Below are positions 11,901 through 21,804 of a stretch of 64,000 nt of DNA, piece by piece. The stretch comes from Hormiphora californensis (Eukaryota > Animalia > Ctenophora). The stretch lies in NCBI GenBank assembly GCA_020137815.1, contig CM035361.1:1798001-1862000 (forward strand), given 5' to 3'. Under the pieces are notes generated by a model. It did no database searches. It worked only from the letters and a program-made list of their open reading frames with translations, and was not told the origin of the DNA. Position numbers and translations under genes: made by a program. Every line of letters begins with the position of its first letter. The stretch's first letter is position 1.

Positions 11901-14643
11901 GTGCCAGTTTTGAGATCAACTTCACCATTGACTCAGCCATGTAGGAATCAAGTCTGAAACAGGAAGATTTAGGAGCAAATCATCAGCCGACAATTTGGTC
12001 AAGCAACACAATTCGCCCTTGGATAAAATCAGGAACCGACCGAAACAAGTAAACAACCAATCAGAGCTCGTTATTTAGGTCACGTGACTGGTTATCAGCC
12101 AATCAGGGACCAGTATTTCCTGATTCGGTCGGTTCCTGGATAAAGCTATATTTACCCGCTAGTAGGCTCATCAAGGAACATGAGGGGTGGATCCATTAGC
12201 AGCTCAACAGCAACTGACAGCCTCTTCTTCTGTCCCCCAGAGATTCCTTTCAGACCGGTGTAGGGGTTACCAATCATGACGTGTTGGCATGGCAACAAAC
12301 CAAGCTGAAACAAAGTTAGATGATTGAGACTGGCCGCGGCGGAGCATGTGAGAACCGCGGTCAGAGCATTGTATTTGATTGATTGATACCTTTCGAATGA
12401 TAGCGTCAACCTTTGCAACACGTTTATCAAACCGGATTCTCTTGTCCATTCGCAACACCGCCTAGCAGAAAATATGAAATTTTCACTTTTTTGATGATTT
12501 AAAGTTTTAAAAATTCGAATTCATGGCTACGGGTCACAGCGTTTCTAATACCATTATATTTGTATAGTTTACAACCACCAATTTCCTGTAACTACTCACG
12601 TGAAAGATCAGCGTTTCTCGGACCGTCATTACATCAATGAAGTTGTCGGTTTGTTCAACGTAAGCACTCACTAGATTCATCTGGGATCGCTCAATCGGCC
12701 ATCCATTAACATGGATCGTACCTGGAAAGTGGAATGGATAAATGAATCGAAGATTAGTCAAAAGAAAGGTGATGATTGCCTTATCCAGACTTGCTATGTT
12801 CTAACCCTCCCTTTACACAGTCTAGCCAGGCAAATCCAGACACCAATAAATTATACAGCGGTAGGTACGAAAAGGCATGTTGGCAAGTCGGAACCTGCAA
12901 GCCTGACTAAATATACCTGTCGTTTTGAAGTTCTTCATGGGTCTCTGAGCGAGTGTATTTAGTAGGGTGGTCTTTCCAGATCCACTAGATCCCAAGATAG
13001 CAACCAACTGTCCTGGCTCCACATATCCTGACACTGAATGGGAGTGCTATTGACAAACTTGACAGTGGAAAATATATCAAGCGCGTCCCTCTGTATTCGT
13101 GCACGACAATCCTACAACCTTTCACACGTCAAGATAAAACCGCCAAGGCACGCTCGGTAATTGTATGATTAGGGAGATGATATCTCAACATCAAATCTAT
13201 TTTTAGCGACTTACCCCTTTTGAGGATATCCTTGGAGCTGTATTTCCCTGACTTTGGGCTGTAGAAGGGTGCTGGGGTGACAGTCTCGCAATACACGTGG
13301 AGGTCTCTCCAGGCGAGGGTGACAGAAGAGAGAGTATCAAATCTACTATCATCTGTCAACTGAGGAAAGAATCTACAGTCAGCAACACCTAGCAACACAC
13401 ACACACCTCACCTAGCAACACCTAGCAACACACACACACCTCACCTAGCAACACCTAGCAACACATACTACATACAGTCAGGAAGAATCTACAGTCAGGA
13501 TCAGGTGTTTGGTTATCGATGATAACTGGTTCTATGACGTCACTGATAACCGATATGACGTCATAACTGATAAGCTTAGTTTCAGCTGAATTGCTGTCCG
13601 GGTTTTCAGCGAAATTATTCGAATCGTGGCTAGATCCACTTGACATTATTATTTCATTGTGAGAAGGGAGGTCGTCTTCACTCATCTTAAAAACTAACTA
13701 GTTATCGACAGCACTGTGGAAATGCAAAGAAGTTGGCAAGACAAGACAAGATATAATGTAGTACAATGTCATCCAACTAAGCAGTAAAGCTTTCTAGGGG
13801 GTATACTTCACAAGCAAGAGCTATGCGAATGAAGAACGCATTAAAAGCTCGTCGGATTCTTCTTCATATCAGAACATATAATGGGAACGGAATTGAAAAA
13901 TGAAAATATATTTAGCAGTATGAAGGATCGCTTTATATGACATGCCAGACCTTTTGATAAACTGACAAACACACACTCGACTCTCAGCAACTATCAGATC
14001 CAATAACCCATGACATACACGTCGCATACAACACACATGTAACACACAGCTCTCTATCAGCACGATATAGTACTGAGCACCACACACCTCACATATTTGT
14101 AGATTGGATGAGATTTTGCTAGTTCCTGAGCTCATGGAATTGGTCCTTCTACTGACAGAGTTGTAGTCCACTGTGCCTACTATCCCTTCTTCCAACCCGC
14201 CCGTCAGAAGGGGCAAGGATTCGGACATTTCAGAGAGCTATGCTATTTACATTTCGCATGGTCAGTATTTTAGCTTGGAATGTTTGTAGGGTTCGGGTCG
14301 ATAATTGGATAAACGTGTACAGTTTGAGGATCGGTGGAATAGACTTCTAGGTCTATCAACAAAGTAAAGACTCAAGGCTGTGTAGTTGTCCGACCTAACT
14401 TTCGATTGCAGTGTTGTTATGACAATAGAAAATCGGTTAGTTCTATCAATCATTGCAAATTGCAAATGTCATACTACGGTTTCAAGGATGTTGTACCTCT
14501 AAGATCTGTAGGTTGGTAGACAGCTTGCTGATATTGGAAGATGTAACAGAATGTGATTTTGTAGATTTATTTGTACTTGAAACAGTTCCCTCTTCATCGA
14601 GGGGGGTGGAGCCACTGAGCAGTGGCGTCTTTTCAGATGACAT
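8992..14643 (-). CDS. ABCG half-transporter (white/scarlet-like), multi-exon
   Basis: Walker [10 protein letters not shown] (~12960-13010), SAYVEQTD, signature [16 protein letters not shown], Walker B LDEPTSG, NPAD motif, and TMD exons ending [17 protein letters not shown]...CLWRRVRR*; NBD precedes TMD as in ABCG. Confidence 0.92.
12030..12138. mobile_element. ~110-bp MITE (possibly hAT-like) in ABCG intron; second copy inverted at ~53674-53769
   Basis: TIRs CAGGAACCGACCGAA...TTCGGTCGGTTCCTG; partial 8-bp flank match (GATAAAAT/GATAAAGC); internal CCAATCAG x2 and GTCACGTGAC. Confidence 0.75.
13381..13466. repeat. Short intronic tandem repeat (CCTAGCAACA units with CA tracts)
   Basis: Directly visible repeats. 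Confidence 0.8.
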
Positions 14644-14824
14644 TGAGTCAACTTCGTCTAGAAACAGAGAATTTTCAGGAAAACTTTGCAGTTATCAAAA
14701 TGAATAAGAAAATAAGAATCGCAATCAAAAGCATGCAGGTTGAAATATTAATATCGCTTCAGTGAAGCAGCTTCACAACTCTTCGATTCAATCAACAAGC
14801 AACCCGGCCTTCTATGTGTCCCCT

Positions 14825-14884
14825 TGGTGACATAGACACCTGGCGCGTGTGCGGGGGTCGCGCCAGGTGTCTATATGTCACCAA
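14825..14884. repeat. 60-bp hairpin/mini-MITE upstream of ABCG
   Basis: TTGGTGACATAGACACCTGGCGCG...CGCGCCAGGTGTCTATATGTCACCAA. Confidence 0.7.
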
Positions 14885-16015
14885 TGTGTCCCATTCCCCC
14901 TCGAACAAACATTGCATATTATCTTGCAACTGACAAATCAAGCTTTACAAATATTACTTACCTAAACAACAAAACATACTATCCATTTCTTTTTTAATCT
15001 AAATAAAAATTCAAGCTATTTTAAATCGAAACTAAAGTTCAGACAGAACCCCACATACGAAAACAGAATATTGTGCCCGGACACATATACGCCACCTGTT
15101 TATTTTACCGGACACAGAGCCCTCCCCCCTCCGCTCAATACCAGGAAAATCCAGGACCTCTCTCAGAGGAAAACACGATTCCTCGATTACAAGGAATCGT
15201 ATGCGATTTCCAGGTATTCTAGAGTTTGTGTTAATCTAAGCAAGACTCGCGCTTACCAAAACAAATAAAGGGAACCGGCGGTTTAATTCGTGTGACAGGC
15301 AACTCGATTTCACGGAAGCAGAATACAAGAGAAGATCACGAACAGAGTGCAAGTTTTCAAATGTTTGCTTTGGACCACTACTTGTGAGGGGGGAGGAGGG
15401 TGATGGCTAAAACCATTACCTGGGAGCCCGGGCTAAAAAGGGTGTGTACGAGCTGTGTGCTGGTTGATGGGAAGTAATCTAGGGAACACGGACGTTACAT
15501 TTGTTTGTTCAGAGCACATGTCGCAGAGAAAGGGGGAAGAAGAGGTGGAGAGAGAGACAGCAATTTTCCAATTGATTCGGTAATATAGAGGGATAGAGAA
15601 AGCTAAAAAGGTAATGAGCTGTCACTTCCCTAGATACTGATGACAAACCTGTCTAGAAATTCAACAAACAGGCTGCCACAAAATGCACATGACCCAAAAT
15701 AATGTGACGGCTCGGCCAACATAGTTTTCCTAGTACTGTAGGGGAACACAAACAAACCATGCTGTGTGCATTTACATACCTGGTACTATGCAGAGATCGC
15801 TACATAAACATACCGTGTTTTAGTTGGGTTACCATGAGGATTATTTAGGATCATGACAATCAAGTGACACTGACAGCTGATTGGAAACAATGTGATAAGT
15901 TGAATCTTTTCTTGAGTTTTCTCTTTTTAGTAAAATTATGGTGATGGGAGCGTTTGTAGACAAATTTAAATGCGACCAATTCGTTCAAATTCCAACCGGA
16001 CATAAAATAAATACA

Positions 16016-19000
16016 CTACTTTTCAAAGTTCATATCCAAATTAGCTAACAGAGGGTTCGAATTGTCAATCGGTGGTAAGTCCACTGATGGGGATTCACCG
16101 TCATTCATAACTTGGATTGATCCTTTTTCATCGATAATATTTCCATCTTCATCATACATAACTACTTTTCGTACAACAGTCAAACGCCGTGTTCTAACTT
16201 GAGGTGGAGCTGGGACTTGAGGTTCTGGTACAGGAACTACAACTGGTTCTGGTTCTTTCTTTGAAGAAGATTTCTTCGAAGAAGATGAAGACGAGGAAGA
16301 TTCACTACCGCTCTCCACGGGGTTCCCGCTCTCGTCAACGCGTCTTACAACTCGTTTTACAATCGTCCTCTTCTTTTTCTTTTTCTTTTCAGGATCGGTG
16401 TCAGATTTCTCAGATTCACTTGACCCACTCTCGACAGGATTACCATGTTCATCCACCCTTTTCACGACTCGTTTCACCACAGTTGTAGTCACAACCTCCT
16501 CTTCCTCTTCTTCTGACCAACTTCCAGAACTCTCATCACCACTTTCAATCGGATTTCCATCCTGATCAACTCGTCTAACTACCCTTTTAACCACCGTGGT
16601 CCGCCTCACTTTCTTCTTTTTTGAGTGGTCCGAGGATGAGGAAGAAGAGCTGGAGGATGAACTTCCACTTTCAACTGGGTCTCCATTCTCATCAACCCGT
16701 TTCACAACTCGTCTAATGACAGTCTTTTTGGTCTTCTCCTGCTTACTACTTGTTGAGCTCTCTGAGTAACTACCTGAATCGGTTTCAACCGGGTTTCCGT
16801 GCTCGTCGACTCGCCTGACAACCCTTTTGACGATCGTCCTCTTCTTCTTTTTCTTTTCAGGATCACTGCTAGAAGTTGTCTCAGATTCGCTTGAACCACT
16901 CTCCACTGGGTTACCATTTTCATCCACTCTTCTCACCACCCTTTTTACAACTGTCCTTTTCTTTTTCTTTCTCTCAGGATCACTGGTAGAAGTCTCAGAT
17001 TCTGAGCCACTTTCGACAGGGTTCCCGTTTTCGTCAACTCTCCTCACAACTTTTTTGATGATTGTCCGCTTCTTCTTCTTCTTTCGTTCTGGGTCACTGC
17101 TAGAGCTTTCGGAAGTCTCAGATTCTGTCCCGCTCTCTACAGGGTTCCCATTCTCGTCAACACGTCTTACAACTCGTTTTACAATCGTCCTCCTTTTCTT
17201 CTTCTTTTCAGGGTCACTGCTCGAGGTCTCAGACTCACTTTCACTTGAGCCACTCTCCACTGGGTTACCATTTTCATCGACTCTCCTCACCACCCTCTTC
17301 ACAATAGTTTTCTTCTTTTTCTTTTCAGGGTCGCTGCTAGAGGTCTCAGATTCGCTCTCACTTGAGCCACTCTCCACTGGGTTACCATTTTCATCGACTC
17401 TCCTCACCACCCTCTTCACAATAGTTCTCTTCTTTTTCTTCTTTTCAGGATCACTACTAGAACTTTCCGAAGATTCACTTGAACCACTTTCAACGGGGTT
17501 CCCGTTTTCATCGACCACTCTACGAACGACCTTCTTTATAACTGTCCTCTTTTTCTTCTTCTTTTCTGGGTCAGAACTAGAACTTTCAGAAGTCTCTGAT
17601 TCGCTTCCGCTTTCCACCGGGTTACCATTCTCATCAACGCGTCTAATAACACGTTTTACAACAGTCCTTTTCTTTTTCGTCTTTTCCGGTTCACTGCTAC
17701 TCTCAGATGTCTCGGAGGAGCCACTCTCAACTGGATTTCCATGTTGATCAACCCTCCTAACAACCTTCTTCACCACGACCCTCTTCTTCTTTTTCTTCTC
17801 GGGATCACTCTCAGAAGACTCCGAATCACTCTCTGAAAAGTCGCTACTTCCGACTGAGTTCCCATCGGCATCAACTCTCCGTACAACCTTCTTTACTCTT
17901 CTGATGACCCTCTTTTTCTTCTTTTTCTCTGGGTCGCTACCCTCAGATGAAGATGTTGGGGGTTGTTCCTCCTCCAGTTTTACCTCCTCCACCTTGACCA
18001 CTGGAATCTTAATCTCAGGTTCTGGAGTCGGTGATGGGGTCGGAGTTGGGGTTGGTTCTGGAGTTGGGGATGGTTCTGGAGTCGGTGATGGGGTTGGAGT
18101 TGGGGTTGGAGTTGGGGTTGGAGTTGGAGTGGGCTCCGGTTCTGGTGTCGGAGTGGGGGTTGGCTCTGGTGGTGGTGCCTTTTGCTTTTTATTTGGCAGC
18201 CGAATTTTTATTGTTCCACTAGCCCTATGAGACAAGCTCAATGTTCGTTTGGGGCGTTTTGGTTTTCTTTGCTTATCACGTCCACTTCCAGGTTTTAAGA
18301 TTCTACTCAACCTTCTTGGGAGTGACTGAGATTTCTTCGGTTTTGGTGCCTCGTCTTCTCTTTTCGGTTCTCTTGACAATCGAACAGAGCTCCGTTCAGG
18401 CTCAGACGAATCAACTGATTTCTCCCTCGATACCTCCCTGATTGGAATCTTGAGTGATCCGTTGGAGTTTTGCCGTCCAATCTTCAATTTCTTCGGACCC
18501 TTTTTACCTTTTCCTTTTTCATCGTCTGAAGTTCTACCATACGGGTGAAGATATGAATCAAGTGCCTTCATTTTAGGAGCTGATAGACGCAAGTCATTCA
18601 GAACTGGCTCTTCTTTTTCTTTGTCAGAACTTGCTGGAGAATCTTCGAAGAATGATCTGGATCTTCTGATCGGTGGTCTTCCATTGTCACTACTTGAAGA
18701 AGATGAAGAGGAAGATTTGTTAGGGCCTCTCGAAAATGAGCTTGACTTCTTGAGCGGTGCGGAATGGACTCGTATCCTAGGTTTCTTGCCTGAAGAAGAG
18801 TGAGAGAAGGTTGCATCACTGTCGGAGTCAGATTTATTGAGATTCTCTGATTCGGACCATTTTACTATTCGTTTCGGGTGGTCTGGCGAGGTCGGGGTGT
18901 GTCTGTCACGGTCCTTTCTCCTGAATTGAAGAGATTTCAAACTGAAATTCCGTCGAGGTGGCGCTTGTACTTCCAATCTGAAACCCCTGGGCAAAGAGCG

Positions 19001-20821
19001 GGCCTGGCGAGATTGGACTTTATAGTTTCGGTCCAATGTTGCCGGTCGCTTTTTCAGAATTCCTCTCAAACTCTCTGAGGAGGATGATGAAGAGGAAGAT
19101 GAAGAATCGTAACGTTTAGTATGGCCTCCGGAAGTTGCTGATTTCTCATCAATTCCTTCCAAATCAGGATCCTTGAACAGATCAAGATGTTTTAGTTCCT
19201 CTCGTATAGCAGGATCAAGGAATCTCGAGTCATCTCTGGTGAATGGCTGCTGCTCCAATTCCACAAAGGAGGTCTCAGGGTCAGGAGCATAGGAGAGATA
19301 GGAATCAATTGGTTCTGAGGTTTCCAACTTTCTATCCGTGTAAACGACATCAAGTTTGTTCATCTTCACTTTACCAACAGATAGGGAAGGAGAGGACTCG
19401 CTTGAAGATGAATCCTTGTTAGTTGGTGGTGTAAAAATTGTTTTCGGTGGCGGGAGAGTTGCATACTTTTTCTCTTTTTTGGGACGGCGCTTTAATTTCA
19501 GTGTCCCAGTTGCGTTTGCTTTTAGGGAGACCTTCCTTTTCACCCCTGGTTTATCATTTTCACTGAACGACAGGAACCGTTTCAAGGACTTACTCTTTGG
19601 ACGAGATTTACGAGGTAGTTCTTCCTCCCGAGATAACGTCCTCGATCTTCTCATTGGTTTTGGAGGTGGAGTTGGGGATTTCTCCTTTTCCTCGTCAGAT
19701 CTTCCTATCTCTAACTTGGGTGGTCGGAGTTTTGAAGTAGAGGATGAGGATGATGATGAACCAGAACGTCTCTTCTTCTTCTTCTTCTTGGAGTCATCAG
19801 AACTTGATCCAGAGTGATCTCTTGATTTCAAAGGGATGTGTGTATCAACTTTAACCGTTGGTGGTTTTTCCCTTTTCACACTAGTGTCACTGCTGCTACT
19901 TGTTGCGTCCTTTGGTCCACGCTTCAAACCAAACTTGGGTAGGTTGAATGAAAAGTCTCGTTTCTTTTTATCCTTTTTCGGGTCATCGCTCGAGGAAGAT
20001 TGATCGGGTTTGATTTTCTGCTTCTTCAGTTTTGGTTCTTTCACCGGTTTCCGTTTTTCTGGAGCACTGTCCGAAGAACTAGAAGTACCACTGGTTCTGT
20101 CTTTCCCTGATTTAGGAAGTTTCAATGAAACATCATCACCAGAAGTTTTGTCAGAAGTTTTCTTATTTTTCTTGTCCTCACTGCTTGAGCTGCTGTGATC
20201 TTTTGGTTCCTTTGGTTGTTTTTTAGGCTTCCTATTTTTACCATCATCAGAACTGGAATCAGGTTTCTTGTCCCGCTTCCAACTAAAACTTGGCAATTTG
20301 AGTGAGGTCTGCTTTTTAAGTTTCGGATTCTTTTCCTTCTTCTTCTTTGAGTCTGTATCCGATGAAGAGGAAGAGGAGGAGGAGGAGGAGGAGGGTTTTG
20401 GTGGAGTTGTTAGGGGGATGTGAGTATCAACTTCGACTTCCGGTTTTGGTTTTACTTTTTTCACTTTTTTAGAATCAGTTGAAGAGCTGGAACTGTCTGA
20501 GTGTTTCTTCAACGTTGGTACGGTTAGTTTAATTTCAGGTTTAGGAATGTCTATTTCTCTCTCTGAATCTGAAGATGAAGATGATGAAGATAAAGAACTC
20601 GATCTATCCCCCTCCTTCATGGGCACACTAGACACAATAACAATCCGACTAACTTCACAAACCCTTACTTTCTCCTTCGCTCCATCCGCTCCCCGGATCT
20701 CAATCACATCTAGCTCAGTTCCATCGTCCCTACAAACACCCCGAACTTTGTCTATTGTAACTGTCTCTGTGTCCCCGCTGTGGAAGGTGGTCACAGAACC
20801 ACCCGACACCGTCCATGACAT
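16016..20821 (-). CDS. 1601-aa low-complexity Ser/Lys/Arg-rich protein with PT tract and 14-15 ~40-aa repeats; single coding exon; function unknown
   Basis: Uninterrupted 4.8-kb ORF; repeats differ in DNA while keeping the peptide; in-frame stop upstream of the ATG; probable 5'UTR intron (donor ~21223, acceptor ~21030). Confidence 0.85.
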   Translation of the reverse strand: MSWTVSGGSVTTFHSGDTETVTIDKVRGVCRDDGTELDVIEIRGADGAKEKVRVCEVSRIVIVSSVPMKEGDRSSSLSSSSSSSDSEREIDIPKPEIKLTVPTLKKHSDSSSSSTDSKKVKKVKPKPEVEVDTHIPLTTPPKPSSSSSSSSSSSDTDSKKKKEKNPKLKKQTSLKLPSFSWKRDKKPDSSSDDGKNRKPKKQPKEPKDHSSSSSEDKKNKKTSDKTSGDDVSLKLPKSGKDRTSGTSSSSDSAPEKRKPVKEPKLKKQKIKPDQSSSSDDPKKDKKKRDFSFNLPKFGLKRGPKDATSSSSDTSVKREKPPTVKVDTHIPLKSRDHSGSSSDDSKKKKKKRRSGSSSSSSSTSKLRPPKLEIGRSDEEKEKSPTPPPKPMRRSRTLSREEELPRKSRPKSKSLKRFLSFSENDKPGVKRKVSLKANATGTLKLKRRPKKEKKYATLPPPKTIFTPPTNKDSSSSESSPSLSVGKVKMNKLDVVYTDRKLETSEPIDSYLSYAPDPETSFVELEQQPFTRDDSRFLDPAIREELKHLDLFKDPDLEGIDEKSATSGGHTKRYDSSSSSSSSSSESLRGILKKRPATLDRNYKVQSRQARSLPRGFRLEVQAPPRRNFSLKSLQFRRKDRDRHTPTSPDHPKRIVKWSESENLNKSDSDSDATFSHSSSGKKPRIRVHSAPLKKSSSFSRGPNKSSSSSSSSSDNGRPPIRRSRSFFEDSPASSDKEKEEPVLNDLRLSAPKMKALDSYLHPYGRTSDDEKGKGKKGPKKLKIGRQNSNGSLKIPIREVSREKSVDSSEPERSSVRLSREPKREDEAPKPKKSQSLPRRLSRILKPGSGRDKQRKPKRPKRTLSLSHRASGTIKIRLPNKKQKAPPPEPTPTPTPEPEPTPTPTPTPTPTPTPSPTPEPSPTPEPTPTPTPSPTPEPEIKIPVVKVEEVKLEEEQPPTSSSEGSDPEKKKKKRVIRRVKKVVRRVDADGNSVGSSDFSESDSESSESDPEKKKKKRVVVKKVVRRVDQHGNPVESGSSETSESSSEPEKTKKKRTVVKRVIRRVDENGNPVESGSESETSESSSSDPEKKKKKRTVIKKVVRRVVDENGNPVESGSSESSESSSSDPEKKKKKRTIVKRVVRRVDENGNPVESGSSESESETSSSDPEKKKKKTIVKRVVRRVDENGNPVESGSSESESETSSSDPEKKKKRRTIVKRVVRRVDENGNPVESGTESETSESSSSDPERKKKKKRTIIKKVVRRVDENGNPVESGSESETSTSDPERKKKKRTVVKRVVRRVDENGNPVESGSSESETTSSSDPEKKKKKRTIVKRVVRRVDEHGNPVETDSGSYSESSTSSKQEKTKKTVIRRVVKRVDENGDPVESGSSSSSSSSSSSDHSKKKKVRRTTVVKRVVRRVDQDGNPIESGDESSGSWSEEEEEEVVTTTVVKRVVKRVDEHGNPVESGSSESEKSDTDPEKKKKKKRTIVKRVVRRVDESGNPVESGSESSSSSSSSKKSSSKKEPEPVVVPVPEPQVPAPPQVRTRRLTVVRKVVMYDEDGNIIDEKGSIQVMNDGESPSVDLPPIDNSNPLLANLDMNFEK

Positions 20822-21804
20822 GTCTGTCTGTTTGAATATTTGTTTGTCTGTATGTCTGTTTTTCCCCTAGATTTCTGTCTGTTTGTCTGTCTGTTCAGAT
20901 GTCTGTCAGTCTTGTTTTTGGAGAAGTCAGGTGCGGCACCTGACGGCCTTTTCAGTGCATTTTTTGATCAAAACAAGTCAAGAACTGGTAACAAGATTGC
21001 ATTAGCATCAATTAACATTTTGTGTAAGCTAAATGGGTTTAGGGGTGCTATGGGGAGGGGGAATGTTTGAGGTCTATGTTAGCTCATTACCACTGTGGAC
21101 CGGAGAGAGAGGAAGAGAGAGAGGGAGGGAGAGAGGGAGAGAGAGAGAGAGAGAGAGGGAGAGAGAGGTACCACATACCAAATACTGCCACATGACTTCA
21201 TAGGTCAGTCATTGACCACCATACCTGATGTCCTGATACCACGTTTATTTAGGTCGATCGGAGCTTCATAGCAAATCGACCACATTCCTCTTGGAATTCA
21301 GCTCACAGACCACAGTGAGACAAATTGTCTGAGACAACGCCGGACCCCGGTCATGATGTGCCATCAGTGGAGGGTGAAACATGCTTCTCTGAAGTTGTTT
21401 AGTGGGACGCGCGGAACCATCAATCCAGAGAAGACCGCGCAAAATGGGGAGACCGTGGGAACTTTTTCCACAATTATGGCAATATTTCGAATGTTCACCA
21501 TGCCGGTTTCTACTTGCTTACGATTTCTGGATGTTCAAATAACAAAACTCAGTGATTTAGATAAACAATAAAGATTATAATTTACAACATAGCTAAATTA
21601 CAAAACACCGTCAAAACCCAATAGCCTCTCTCTATCGTCACACTGTCTCTCAACTTTGGGCAGTGATAATAAATGAGGTCAACTCCCACACAAAAAAAGT
21701 AGCTGTAATCGGTAATCCATATAACATGCTGCCTTCAAATATTATATTGTCAACTTTTCCAGAATATTAGTCCATCATCTTTTTCAAAATATTAGTCCAT
21801 CTCT

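Noticed and set aside
16204-20870. Plus-strand ORFs, including the 306-aa Phe-rich one
   Set aside because: Antisense shadows of the repetitive 1601-aa ORF
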